Assembly: GCA_965207225.1 (NCBI GenBank)
Contig: CBDBLV010000003.1
Location: forward strand, 192,001-256,000
Direction: 5' to 3'
Length of the DNA stretch: 64,000 bases
Origin: Dehalococcoidia bacterium
GTDB lineage: Bacteria > Chloroflexota > Dehalococcoidia > Plut-88900
The translations under genes and the position numbers were made by a program. The notes under the pieces were generated by a model. The model did no database searches. It had not been told where the DNA came from and saw nothing but the letters and a program-made list of their open reading frames with translations. Of the stretch, positions 26,148 to 36,095 are shown piece by piece (the stretch's first letter is position 1; each line of letters starts with the position of its first letter).

Positions 26148-27362
26148 TTGCGCAACGCCATTACATCTCGACTCAACAGCCTGACCTACAAGGGCATACC
26201 GGTTTGGCGTCATGCCCAGGTAATCCAGTGGACGGCACAGATAGTCTCCGGGGTGGTGGTGGTTGCACTGGTTGCCTGGTTCTTCACCAATATCGGTAAT
26301 GCGATAAGCGACCGGGACATCCCGTTCGGGTTCAGCTTTCTGAGCCGGGAGTACCAGACGCCCATAGGACAGCATTTCCTGCCCTACGAATCGTCCGATT
26401 CATTCCTTTACGCCCTGGTTGTGGGCGCGACGAATACGATCTTCGTATCGGTCATCGGGGTAATCCTGGCGACGGCGCTGGGGATATTCATCGGGGTATC
26501 CCGGTTGTCGGGGAACTGGCTGGTCTCGAAGATCGCCTTGGTATACATCGAGTTCTTTCGAAACGTGCCTCTGCTGGTACAGCTCTTCTTCTGGTTCTAC
26601 ATCGTGCTTGCCCTCCCGACGGTTCGCGAAAGCTACAGCCTGGGAGACATCATCTACCTGAACAACGCAGGCCTGTACATTCCGATGGTGACTGGAAACG
26701 GTGTAACCCAAGGGTTCCTGTCGCTGGCATCGGTCGTGTTAGCGTTGGCCGCCGGTTACGTGGTCCACAAGGCGATGGCACGGCGAGAGGAGCAAACGGG
26801 ATCGACGTCTTACCCGGTTATTTCAGGCATTGGCGCGACGATCCTAGTGGGGCTGGTGGGATGGTTTGTCATCACGGCAATAAATGGAGGATTTCCCCTG
26901 ACAATCACGACTCCCGAGGCCCAGGGCACTTTTGGGCGTTTCCTGAGGGGCGACGGGTTTGAGTTGTCAGGTGGGATGATGGCGCTCCTGATTGGGTTGG
27001 TGATGTACACGGCATCTTTCATAGCGGAAATCGTGAGGGCAGGGATACAGTCGGTCGGGAAAGGCCAATCGGAGGCATCCAGGTCTCTCGGGCTTTCGGC
27101 CCTGGGCACAGTCAGGGAGGTGACCTTCCCCCAGGCACTGCGGGTGATTGTGCCGCCGACGATCAGCCAGTACCTGAACCTGACCAAGAACAGCAGCCTG
27201 GCGGCGGCAATCGGTTACACGGACCTGACGAACGTTGCCAAGACCATGACCCAGACGGCGCCGGCTCTGTCCATATTTGTCCTGATAATGGCGGCCTACC
27301 TAGCAATGAGTCTGACCTACTCTCTAATCGGAAACATCTATAACCGACGCATATCCTTCTGA
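26148..27362 (+). CDS. aapQ: Amino acid ABC permease (AapQ/BztB)
   Basis: RLSGNWL, FRNVPLLVQL, AEIVRAGIQSV.KGQ.EA, LTKNSSLA. Confidence 0.88.
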   Translation: MRNAITSRLNSLTYKGIPVWRHAQVIQWTAQIVSGVVVVALVAWFFTNIGNAISDRDIPFGFSFLSREYQTPIGQHFLPYESSDSFLYALVVGATNTIFVSVIGVILATALGIFIGVSRLSGNWLVSKIALVYIEFFRNVPLLVQLFFWFYIVLALPTVRESYSLGDIIYLNNAGLYIPMVTGNGVTQGFLSLASVVLALAAGYVVHKAMARREEQTGSTSYPVISGIGATILVGLVGWFVITAINGGFPLTITTPEAQGTFGRFLRGDGFELSGGMMALLIGLVMYTASFIAEIVRAGIQSVGKGQSEASRSLGLSALGTVREVTFPQALRVIVPPTISQYLNLTKNSSLAAAIGYTDLTNVAKTMTQTAPALSIFVLIMAAYLAMSLTYSLIGNIYNRRISF

Positions 27363-27390
27363 CGAGGATGCGGAGAGGAATTTCAATCAA

Positions 27391-28656
27391 TTGGCCACTA
27401 GCCTGAATACGGGCCCGCCTTCGGTCCTTCCCCCGCCGCGATTCAGCCGGGGGGCGGTGGGGTGGGCGCGCGATAACCTGTTCAGCTCGTGGCACAACAG
27501 CGTGCTGACCGTGGTGTCGGGAGTGCTGGTAGTGGTGGGGCTGTGGTGGGGACTGAGGTGGGTGCTGGTGGATGCCGACTGGACGGTGATCTCCACCCTC
27601 GGGGGCTTCCTGGCAATGGGGGAGTATAACACCGAGAAGGCATGTGAGGGGCAAAACTGCTTCTGGCGACCCCAAGTCTCCCTGATGCTGGTGATGGTCC
27701 TGGCCGGGATGGCCTGGGGGATTGCCCAGGGAGGGACAGCCAGGAGGATCGCCATCATAGCGACCGTGGCGTTAGTCGCATTCGCTTTCCTGCCGTACAG
27801 CTTCGAGCGGATGGGGATGGACGTCCGGTTGCTTCTGGCGGCCAACATCCCGGCGGTCGGAGTCGGGTGGGCGCTTGGAAAGTACACGTCTCTGGGATCC
27901 ATACGAGGCGTCGTGATTTCCGGTATAGCTGTCTTCGTGCTTATCCTGTTGCTGCTGAGGGGGATACCCGGGGTCCCGGGCCTGGAGCCCGTGTCCGTGA
28001 TCTACTGGGGCGGCATGATGCTAAACCTGCTCCTAGCAGTTGCAGGAATAGTGCTCAGCTTACCCATCGGGATTGCGCTGGCGCTCGGGCGGCGGTCTCG
28101 GCTGCCGGTGGTGAAAGCCCTGTGCGTAGCGTTCATCGAAGTCTTCCGGGGGGTGCCGCTCATCACGCTTCTGTTCATGTCTTCCGTGCTGGTGCCACTG
28201 GCTTTCCCGGAAGACTTTCCGCTGAACAGGCTGTTTCGGGCGGGGATAATAATCACGCTGTTCAGTGCAGCCTATATGGCCGAGAACGTGCGGGGAGGGC
28301 TGCAGGCGCTGCACCCGGGACAGGCGGAGGCGGGGAGGGCTTTGGGCCTTCCAAGCTGGCAGACGATGACGTTCATATCGCTGCCGCAGGCCCTACGAAA
28401 CGTCATCCCGGCGATTGTCGGGCAGTTCATTTCCCTTTTTAAAGATACGACCCTGGTCACCATTATCGGCATGTTGGACATACTGGAGTTCGGTCGATCC
28501 TTCATCCAGTCGTACACCGTGGGAGGAGAGGTCATATACCTGGATAGACAGGAGGAACTCTTTATTTTCATAGCCCTCTGTTTCTGGGTATTCACCTATG
28601 GGATGTCCTACGTGAGCCGCAAGGTCGAACGGCATCTGGGCATAGGAGAGCGATAA
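27391..28656 (+). CDS. aapM: Amino acid ABC permease (AapM/BztC)
   Basis: [38 protein letters not shown]. Confidence 0.88.
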   Translation: MATSLNTGPPSVLPPPRFSRGAVGWARDNLFSSWHNSVLTVVSGVLVVVGLWWGLRWVLVDADWTVISTLGGFLAMGEYNTEKACEGQNCFWRPQVSLMLVMVLAGMAWGIAQGGTARRIAIIATVALVAFAFLPYSFERMGMDVRLLLAANIPAVGVGWALGKYTSLGSIRGVVISGIAVFVLILLLLRGIPGVPGLEPVSVIYWGGMMLNLLLAVAGIVLSLPIGIALALGRRSRLPVVKALCVAFIEVFRGVPLITLLFMSSVLVPLAFPEDFPLNRLFRAGIIITLFSAAYMAENVRGGLQALHPGQAEAGRALGLPSWQTMTFISLPQALRNVIPAIVGQFISLFKDTTLVTIIGMLDILEFGRSFIQSYTVGGEVIYLDRQEELFIFIALCFWVFTYGMSYVSRKVERHLGIGER

Positions 28657-28676
28657 CGGGCATACAAGGTCGGGGG

Positions 28677-29441
28677 TTGAAGATGACTACGATGGAAAGC
28701 AAGAACGGCGCCGAAGACATAATCATCTGCAAAGACGTACATAAGTGGTACGGTGAGTTCCACGCACTGCGGGGGGTGACGACGACGATCAAGAAGGGGG
28801 AGGTGGTGGTGGTGTTCGGGCCCTCGGGGTCTGGGAAGTCGACGTTCATCCGGACTATCAACAGGCTGGAGGAGCACCAGCGGGGGCAGATCATAGTCGA
28901 CGGGATAGAGATGACCAACGACGTGCGGAACATCGACGCGATCCGCCGGGACGTGGGGATGGTGTTCCAGTCCTTCAACCTGTTCCCGCATCTATCGGTG
29001 ATGCGGAATATCACTCTGGCCCCGACCAAAGTGCGAAAGCTCCCGTCCGCCGAGGCGGAGAGGATAGCGATGGAGCTGCTGGAGCGGGTCGGGATCCCGG
29101 AGCAGGCCTACAAGTACCCGAAGGAGTTGTCGGGGGGGCAGCAGCAGCGGGTGGCGATAGCTCGGGCGCTGGCGATGCAGCCGAACATCATGCTGTTTGA
29201 CGAGCCTACCTCGGCGCTGGACCCGGAGATGATCAAGGAAGTGCTGGACGTGATGAAGGAGCTTGCGGAGTCGGGGATGACGATGATCGTGGTGTCACAC
29301 GAGATGGGCTTCGCCCGTGAGGTGGCGAACAGGATGATGATGTTCGACGAAGGGGTGATAATGGAGGAAGGGACCCCGCACCAGATCTTCAACGACCCGC
29401 AGAGCGACCGGACGAAACTGTTCCTATCGCAGATTCTGTAG
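28677..29441 (+). CDS. aapP: Amino acid ABC ATPase (AapP/BztD)
   Basis: [33 protein letters not shown]. Confidence 0.92.
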   Translation: MKMTTMESKNGAEDIIICKDVHKWYGEFHALRGVTTTIKKGEVVVVFGPSGSGKSTFIRTINRLEEHQRGQIIVDGIEMTNDVRNIDAIRRDVGMVFQSFNLFPHLSVMRNITLAPTKVRKLPSAEAERIAMELLERVGIPEQAYKYPKELSGGQQQRVAIARALAMQPNIMLFDEPTSALDPEMIKEVLDVMKELAESGMTMIVVSHEMGFAREVANRMMMFDEGVIMEEGTPHQIFNDPQSDRTKLFLSQIL

Positions 29442-29448
29442 CTTCCCC

Positions 29449-30498
29449 TCATACAGGGGATGTTAGCTGGTCTCGAGCCAGCTGGGCCCCTTCCACCATT
29501 GCCCTGAGTTTTCGTTTGGCCGAATTCCCACTCAAAGGCACCAGTCCGCAGTCGGGGGCGGCCTTTAGCTTTTTGGCGGGGTGGTGCTTTGCTGCTTCAA
29601 GGAGCCTATTGGCCAGGTCCTCGGGGTTTTCCACTTCTTCGGTAGTGTTTGCGATACATCCAAAGAGAACTGTCTTGGTCGGGCAGAGGGATAGTAGATC
29701 CAATGAGAGCATCGGGGACTGAAACTCAAGGGCCAGCTGGTCAATGGAGGATGAGTCGAGGGCAGGGAGAATGGTGGGGTAGCTGGGGACAATGGGGCGG
29801 GGCACACCGGGGAGGGGATAGCTGTAGCAGATGTGGACTGCGGTCTCAGCCTCGATGCCGTGCGCGGACCTGTCCAGGGCCTCGATGCCCCAGTCCAAGA
29901 CCTTGTCAGGGTATCGGCTGAAGACCGGTTCGTCGAACTGTATTGTCGATGCGCCTGCCTCAGCCAAAGCGCGGGCTTCCTTGTTCAGGGCCTCAGCTAC
30001 TGCAAAGGCCATCAACTTCTCGTAGCCGTAAAACTCGTCGAGGATGGAATCGCAGACGGTCATGGGGCCGGGAAGGGTGACCTTGACCGGGGTGCGGGAA
30101 TAGCTAAGGGTGAAGCACAGGTCCTCTACGAGCATGGGGTTGGGCCAGGCCACGGGGCCCGTGCACCGGCCGACCTGAGCGAGGCGTCTACCGCCCCTGA
30201 CCCACTTTTCTCCGAAGGTTTCGAAATCGAATCCTTCCAGCTTACGCACCACGTAACTGAGATAGGACTCTCGCCTCTGTTCTCCGTCGGATATTTCGTC
30301 CAGAGCTGCCGACTCCTGTACACCGATGGCCAGCCTAGTTGCATCATCTTGTGCTTCTCGGAGTTTCTCACCAGAGTAGGCCCAAGCTCCGCCTTTCCCG
30401 TGAATCTGTTTTGGATTAGTGGAGAAGGCCGACGAGTCGTAGAGCCATCGGGGCTTGGGCAGGCTTCCTATGACTGTAGTCTCGAAGGGGACGGTCAT
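29449..30498 (-). CDS. Cobalamin-independent methionine synthase II family (single-barrel MetE-like)
   Basis: GSLPKP, DGEQRRE, KVTLPGP, IQFDEP, zinc ligands HIC and PDCG. Confidence 0.85.
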   Translation of the reverse strand: MTVPFETTVIGSLPKPRWLYDSSAFSTNPKQIHGKGGAWAYSGEKLREAQDDATRLAIGVQESAALDEISDGEQRRESYLSYVVRKLEGFDFETFGEKWVRGGRRLAQVGRCTGPVAWPNPMLVEDLCFTLSYSRTPVKVTLPGPMTVCDSILDEFYGYEKLMAFAVAEALNKEARALAEAGASTIQFDEPVFSRYPDKVLDWGIEALDRSAHGIEAETAVHICYSYPLPGVPRPIVPSYPTILPALDSSSIDQLALEFQSPMLSLDLLSLCPTKTVLFGCIANTTEEVENPEDLANRLLEAAKHHPAKKLKAAPDCGLVPLSGNSAKRKLRAMVEGAQLARDQLTSPV

Positions 30499-30564
30499 GG
30501 CGGCGAGTATATTACAATCCTGCTCAACTTAAGGCCGGGACCATACTGGGCACGGTGCAGAACT

Positions 30565-31278
30565 ATGACTGAAAAGGACGAAATAAGAAAGGCCGTTTGG
30601 CAGGCGATGAGGGATGCCGGGGTGGCGGCGTTTCCGGGCGCGGTGGGTCGGATCCCGAACTTCACGGGGGCTGGGAGGGCGCATCTACAGTTAGCAGAAC
30701 TGGACGTATGGAAAAACGCCCAGGTGATCAAGTCAAACCCCGACCTGCCACAGAGACCTTTGCGAAGATTGGCCTTGGAGCAGGGCAAGACGGTCTACAT
30801 GGCCGTTCCCCGGCTCAGGGAAGAAAAGTGCTTCGTGGAGCTGGACCCGGGCCGTTTCACCGACTACCGGCTGGCCAGCAGCATCAAGGGTGCAACTCAA
30901 CTGGGCCGATTGGTGCATCCGGACGAGATGAGGCCAATCGACCTGATAGTCTGCGGGTCGGTGGCGGTAAACAGGAAGGGCGCGAGGCTGGGAAAGGGCG
31001 GAGGATATTCGGACCTGGAGTACGCGGTGGCCTTGAGCCTCGGGCTGATCAGCAAAGAGACGCCGATAGTGACGACGGTCCACCCTGTCCAGCTGCTGCC
31101 GGACGACCTGCCCATGACGTCCCACGATATCTCCCTGGACTACATAGGCATGCCGGAAGAGCTGGTGAAGTGTGAAGGAGGGTTTCCCAGGCCAATCGGA
31201 ATAATCTGGGGGGACCTGGGGGAGAAGCTGGATGAGGTGCCTATACTTCAGACCATGAAGGCGAGGGGTTGCGGATAG
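30565..31278 (+). CDS. 5-formyltetrahydrofolate cyclo-ligase family protein (COG0212/MTHFSD-like)
   Basis: GRIPNF.GA, KSNPD.PQ, VPRL, GSVAV, RLGKGGGYSDLE, TTVH. Confidence 0.85.
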   Translation: MTEKDEIRKAVWQAMRDAGVAAFPGAVGRIPNFTGAGRAHLQLAELDVWKNAQVIKSNPDLPQRPLRRLALEQGKTVYMAVPRLREEKCFVELDPGRFTDYRLASSIKGATQLGRLVHPDEMRPIDLIVCGSVAVNRKGARLGKGGGYSDLEYAVALSLGLISKETPIVTTVHPVQLLPDDLPMTSHDISLDYIGMPEELVKCEGGFPRPIGIIWGDLGEKLDEVPILQTMKARGCG

Positions 31279-31382
31279 TCCATCCCTGTGTGGAGGTTTA
31301 TGGACGCTCCAGGGTCGGTATGCTATTCTCGGCGAGCGTGCCGAAGCACTTAATCCCCAATCGGAGAGTTGTATAAGCAGTC

Positions 31383-32474
31383 ATGGAACGCCCGATTTTC
31401 AAGGCCCCCGGCACCCCCGTTGAAGAGCTGGATACCCCGGCTTTCGTAATCGACCTTGATGCACTTTCGCAGAACATCGAGACGGCACACTCCTTCTTCA
31501 GGGGGCAGGAATCGGGGCTGAGGCCCCACGTTGAGGCGCACCGGTGTCCGGCGATAGCGAGCATGCAGCTGGCGTCGGAGGGGACGGTGGGTGGGGTGTC
31601 GGTGAACACGGTGGGCCTAGCGGAGCACTTCGCCAATGCGGGAGTCAGGGACATCTACGTGGCTAATCCGATAGTGACTAAGGTGAAGATCGAAAGGTTG
31701 TGCCGGCTGGCGAGGCGCGTCTCGATGCGGGTCTACGTGGACAATGTACGGAACGCTGAAACCATTTCTGCGGTTGCATCCTCACTGGGAGTCAGCCTCA
31801 GTGCCGTGGTAGGCATAGACACGGGCCTGCACGCTTGCGGCGTGACACCTGGCTCTGAAGCCGTGGATCTCGCCAAAGCGATTGACGGGTTGGATGGGTT
31901 GCAGTTTGTCGGGTTTGGGACTTACGAGGGACGCATTGTTGGTGAGGACACGACGCGGGAAGTGGCCTCAGCGATGGTGGAAACCAAGGGCTTGGCGGAG
32001 GAGTCGGGGCTGAGTGTGGAAGTGCTGTCGGCGGGAGGAACGCACAACTACGAAATCATGGGTGCCATTCCCGGTATAACCGAAGTTTGCGCCGGCGCAT
32101 ATGCCCTCCTGGACAGCCGGTACGCGGCACAGAAGCCGGGCCTGGAGCCCGCGGCACGGGTGATGGTCACGGTTATTGGCCGACCGGAGCCGGGTCTTGC
32201 CATCACGGACACGGGTCAGAAGGCGGCAGGCGCGGACTTCGGGCTGGCACACCTGGACGCCGACTTCGATGCCAGCTTGAAGTCGTTAAGCGCAGAGCAC
32301 GGGAGCCTGGCCCTTGCCGACGAAGAAGCCAAGCATTTGAGGATGGGCGACCATGTTTGGTACATACCCTCGGACATCGGAACCACTTCCAATCTTTTCG
32401 ACTACATGCATGCCGTCAGGGACGGTCGCCTGGAGGCGGTCTGGCAGATCACGGGTCGGGGGCTGTACCGCTAG
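31383..32474 (+). CDS. DSD1/D-threonine aldolase-like fold-III protein lacking the PLP lysine
   Basis: LDTPA, RPHVEAHRC (E at the K position), IDTG..CG, AGGT, EVCAG.Y, SAEHG. Confidence 0.8.
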   Translation: MERPIFKAPGTPVEELDTPAFVIDLDALSQNIETAHSFFRGQESGLRPHVEAHRCPAIASMQLASEGTVGGVSVNTVGLAEHFANAGVRDIYVANPIVTKVKIERLCRLARRVSMRVYVDNVRNAETISAVASSLGVSLSAVVGIDTGLHACGVTPGSEAVDLAKAIDGLDGLQFVGFGTYEGRIVGEDTTREVASAMVETKGLAEESGLSVEVLSAGGTHNYEIMGAIPGITEVCAGAYALLDSRYAAQKPGLEPAARVMVTVIGRPEPGLAITDTGQKAAGADFGLAHLDADFDASLKSLSAEHGSLALADEEAKHLRMGDHVWYIPSDIGTTSNLFDYMHAVRDGRLEAVWQITGRGLYR

Positions 32475-32498
32475 CCCTCATTCAAACGGAGGAGTAAC

Positions 32499-33599
32499 TT
32501 GGAAAGCTACAGACCGCCCGTCGGGACATCGGTAGAAGACCTGGATACCCCCTGCCTCCTGGTGGATATGGAGGCGCTGGAGCACAACTACCGGTTCGTC
32601 TCGGAAACGTACAAGGACAGCGTTTGCAAGATGCGGGCCCACGTCAAGAACACCAAGAGCCCCATAGTGGCGCACCTGCAGATCCGGGAGGGGGGCACGG
32701 TGGGGGGCGTATGCACGGCAAAGGTGGCGGAGGCGGAGGTGATGGTGGAAGGCGGCATAGACGACATCCTGATCCCAAACCAGATTGTTACGGAGGACAA
32801 GATCACTCGGCTATGCTCCGTGGCCGAGCGGGCGAAAGTGTCGGTGGCGGTAGACAACGCCGAAAATGTGAAAAATCTATCCCGCATCGCATCTGACAGG
32901 GGGGTCAGCATAGGGGTCGTGATAGAGGTGGACACGTCGATGGGGCGGGGCGGGATTCGGGGCAAGGAGCACGGGGTGGAGCTGGCCAAGCTGGCCCACT
33001 CGCTGCCGGGCATCGACTTCAAGGGCGTGATGAGCCACCAGACCCTGGACGGCTCGCCCGACCGTGAGACCAGGTTCATCTGGGGTCGCAAGTACATCCA
33101 GCAGTGCCTCGACGTTAAAGATGCTATCGAGGCCGAGGGGATTCCAGTGGAAGTGGTTTCCTCCGGCGAGACGTTCACCATAGACGTTGCGGCCACGATT
33201 CCCGGGGTTACGGAGGTGGAGGGAGGCACGTACGCCCTGATGTCCCACAACTTCGACTACATGGAAGACCTGCGGTACGCGGCTAAGATACTCTGCACGG
33301 TGGTAAGCACGCCTCGAGAGGGGACGGTGGTGGCGGATGTCGGGACACGGGCGCTGGCCTCACCGGGAGGCGTAATGCCCTTCGTAGAAGATATGCCGCA
33401 CCTACTACCCGATGCCCTGCACGAAGAGCACATCGTGTTCAAGTGCGATGGAGGGCGGATGCCGGAGGTCGGGGACAAGCTGACACTCATCAGCGGGCAG
33501 CAGGACATGCTGACCAACCGATGGGACCAGTACGTGGCGATACGAAACGGGGCCGTGGAAGCCGTGTGGGACATCCCTGCCAGGGGATGCCACAACTAG
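32499..33599 (+). CDS. DSD1/D-threonine aldolase-like PLP enzyme
   Basis: LDTPC, RAHVKNTK, AKVAEAE, EVD..MGRGG, HEEH, ARG. Confidence 0.85.
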   Translation: MESYRPPVGTSVEDLDTPCLLVDMEALEHNYRFVSETYKDSVCKMRAHVKNTKSPIVAHLQIREGGTVGGVCTAKVAEAEVMVEGGIDDILIPNQIVTEDKITRLCSVAERAKVSVAVDNAENVKNLSRIASDRGVSIGVVIEVDTSMGRGGIRGKEHGVELAKLAHSLPGIDFKGVMSHQTLDGSPDRETRFIWGRKYIQQCLDVKDAIEAEGIPVEVVSSGETFTIDVAATIPGVTEVEGGTYALMSHNFDYMEDLRYAAKILCTVVSTPREGTVVADVGTRALASPGGVMPFVEDMPHLLPDALHEEHIVFKCDGGRMPEVGDKLTLISGQQDMLTNRWDQYVAIRNGAVEAVWDIPARGCHN

Positions 33600-33603
33600 T
33601 CCG

Positions 33604-34503
33604 GTGTGGTTCAAGGGCAACATCCACACCCACACCAACCGCTCCGACGGCGACTCCGACCCGGAAGCGGTGGTCGGATGGTACCAACGCAACGGGTATG
33701 ACTTCCTGGTACTGACCGACCATAACCACGTTACGGTCCTGGAACATGGGGCGAGGGATGCGGAGGGGCCGCTGATGATCCCCGGGGAAGAGGTCTCGGT
33801 GGAACTGGACCGGGGAGAGACCTCCGTTCACCTGGGGGCCATCGGGATCAGGGGGTACGTGGAGCCAGTGGATGCCGTTGAGGTCGTGCCAACCTTGCAG
33901 GCCAACATCGATGCGATACGGGCTGCGGGAGGCATTGTCTCGCTGAACCATCCCAACTACACGTGGGCATACGATGATCGGCACATCGTGCGGGTCTCGG
34001 GGGCAAACCTGCTGGAGATATTCAACGGGAACACGGTAGTCAACAACTACGGAGGCGGGGGTCGGCCAAGCTGCGAAGAGATATGGGACGCAGTCCTGAG
34101 CGCAGGCAGGCCTATCTACGGCGTGGCCGTCGACGACTCGCACCACTTCAAGGGGGACTTCAAACCGAGCCTGGCGAATCCGGGGCGGGGGTGGGTTGCT
34201 GTGGATGCCCCGACGTTGGAGAGGGATTCGGTGGTGGATGCCCTAGAGTCAGGCAACTTTTATTGCTCCACGGGCGTGACGCTGGATGAGCTCCGTATGT
34301 CAGAGGATGGGATAGAGCTGTCCATCTGCCCGGAATGGCACTTCGCATACGACACGGAGTTCGTGACGCGGGGGGGTCGGGTGATGGAACGGGTGAGCGG
34401 GACGCAGGCACATTATGTCATACGCGGCGATGAAGGATACGTGCGGGCGAGGGTGCTATGCTCGGACGGGACGCGGGCCTGGACACAGCCTGTATTTGTT
34501 TAG
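33604..34503 (+). CDS. PHP-domain CehA/McbA-like metallohydrolase
   Basis: WFKGNIHTHTNRSDG, TDHN, NHP, EIFN, DDSH, YVRA, AWTQP. Confidence 0.88.
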   Translation: MWFKGNIHTHTNRSDGDSDPEAVVGWYQRNGYDFLVLTDHNHVTVLEHGARDAEGPLMIPGEEVSVELDRGETSVHLGAIGIRGYVEPVDAVEVVPTLQANIDAIRAAGGIVSLNHPNYTWAYDDRHIVRVSGANLLEIFNGNTVVNNYGGGGRPSCEEIWDAVLSAGRPIYGVAVDDSHHFKGDFKPSLANPGRGWVAVDAPTLERDSVVDALESGNFYCSTGVTLDELRMSEDGIELSICPEWHFAYDTEFVTRGGRVMERVSGTQAHYVIRGDEGYVRARVLCSDGTRAWTQPVFV

Positions 34504-34541
34504 TTGCAACCCCTCGGGAATCGACTATTTGGGCGCCGAAT

Positions 34542-34571
34542 TTGACACTTCAACTCACCGAGTACCATAAT
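34542..34571 (+). promoter_or_regulatory. Sigma70 promoter
   Basis: TTGACA (34542-34547), 18 nt, CATAAT (34566-34571). Confidence 0.55.
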
Positions 34572-34726
34572 TGACCTGGAGGCGACGCCCACCTGACTAT
34601 GCGGTCAGGCGCGTAACAGACTATAAACCCGGCGTTCCACGATAACCACGAACATAGAGACCCGATATCCGACCAGTGGGGAATTTCGCCGGACAGTCTA
34701 TATAGCAGCCTCTATATTCCAAGTCA
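34572..34726 (+). ncRNA. Candidate structured leader/ncRNA upstream of the ribA cluster, unassigned class
   Basis: Nested pairings GAGGC/GCCTC, CCTGAC/GTCAGG, AGACT/AGTCT, CCGGCG/CGCCGG, TTCC/GGAA. Confidence 0.4.
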
Positions 34727-34744
34727 CTCAAACCTCAGATAACC

Positions 34745-36091
34745 ATGCACGCCCTGACCATTGAAAGAGAAGTCTCGACCCGGATCCCGACCCCGGTTGC
34801 CGAGTTCCGCCTCTATTACTATTCCAACAACCGGGACGATAAAGAGCACGTTGCCTTTGTCACGGGAGACGTTGCAGGAGGCGAGGACGTGCTGGTCCGC
34901 GTCCACTCCGAGTGTTTTACCGGTGACGTCCTGGGGTCCATGCGCTGCGACTGCGGGAGTCAATTGAACCTGGCCATACAGCGAGTCGCGTCCGAAGGGA
35001 GAGGGGTGGTCCTCTATCTCCGCCAAGAGGGAAGAGGGATAGGACTCCTCGAGAAGCTGAAGGCCTACAACCTGCAGGATGTCGGGTACGACACGGTGGA
35101 TGCAAACATCGCCCTCGGGCACCAGGCCGACCAGCGAGACTACGAGGTGGCAGCTCTCATCTTAAAGGACATCGGTGTGAAGTCGGTGAGGCTGCTGACC
35201 AACAACCCTTCCAAGATAGACGGGCTGAGGAAGTTCGGGATCGACGTGACTTCCAGAGAGGCGCTGCAGCCACGCATCACAATCGAGAACAAGGACTATA
35301 TCGAGACCAAGGCCTCGAAGCTGGGGCACTTGCTTGACCTTTCGACGCTGCCCGGGTTGGTGGGGACCGAGAGCAATGGCACAACACCTGCGCTGCTGAG
35401 GCACGTGAACAGAAACGGCAAGTCGGGGATACCGACCGTGACCCTGTCGTACGCCCAGAGCCTTGATGGCTGCATCGCCATGCACCCCGGCCGGCCCATA
35501 AGGTTGAGTGGAGCGGAGTCGGAGGCAATGACCCACAGCGTCCGGGGGGTCCACGATGCGATCCTGGTGGGTATCGGCACGGTGCTGGCCGATGACCCGG
35601 GGCTGACGGTAAGGCTGGCCAAGGGGGCCCAGCCGCAGCCGGTAATACTCGACAGCAGGCTCCGATTCCCACTAACCGCGCAACTCCTAGGAGCGAACGA
35701 CATAAGACCCTGGATTGCCACAACGGAGCAGGCGTCCCCGGAAAGGAAGAAGGCGCTGGAGGGTGCGGGGGCAAGGGTGATCTGCCTTCCATCGAACAAC
35801 CGGGGATGGGTAGACCTGCCTGCGCTGCTGTCTCGTCTTGGCAAGGAGGCGATGGGAAGCGTAATGGTGGAAGGAGGGGCCCGTGTGATAACCAGTTTCC
35901 TGACTGAGAGGCTGGTCGACCACGTGGTGTTGACGGTTGCGCCAGTAGTGCTGGGCGGGATGCGGGCGGTCAAGCCCATGGAGGGCGCCTACGCTGAATT
36001 CCCAACCCTGGCGAACACGGGCTACAAGCAGGTGGGCAAAGACATGGTCATCTGGGGGGACCCCGTCTGGGGCGGCCCCTCTGGAGAATGA
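34745..36091 (+). CDS. ribA: GTP cyclohydrolase II fused to a RibD C-terminal reductase domain
   Basis: RVHSECFTGD..S.RCDC, QEGRGIG, TNNP.K; then YAQSLDG, GIGTVLADDP.L.VR, VEGGA. Confidence 0.9.
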   Translation: MHALTIEREVSTRIPTPVAEFRLYYYSNNRDDKEHVAFVTGDVAGGEDVLVRVHSECFTGDVLGSMRCDCGSQLNLAIQRVASEGRGVVLYLRQEGRGIGLLEKLKAYNLQDVGYDTVDANIALGHQADQRDYEVAALILKDIGVKSVRLLTNNPSKIDGLRKFGIDVTSREALQPRITIENKDYIETKASKLGHLLDLSTLPGLVGTESNGTTPALLRHVNRNGKSGIPTVTLSYAQSLDGCIAMHPGRPIRLSGAESEAMTHSVRGVHDAILVGIGTVLADDPGLTVRLAKGAQPQPVILDSRLRFPLTAQLLGANDIRPWIATTEQASPERKKALEGAGARVICLPSNNRGWVDLPALLSRLGKEAMGSVMVEGGARVITSFLTERLVDHVVLTVAPVVLGGMRAVKPMEGAYAEFPTLANTGYKQVGKDMVIWGDPVWGGPSGE

Positions 36092-36095
36092 CCCC

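Noticed and set aside
29833-30564. N-terminal extension of the 481-aa ORF as a fusion domain
   Set aside because: It overlaps the MetE-like gene on the opposite strand; family similarity begins at ATG 30565.
34572-34744. FMN riboswitch or a definite 6S RNA call
   Set aside because: FMN conserved motifs are absent, and the CCCACCTG resemblance to Firmicute 6S lies in the wrong half; kept only as an unassigned candidate.
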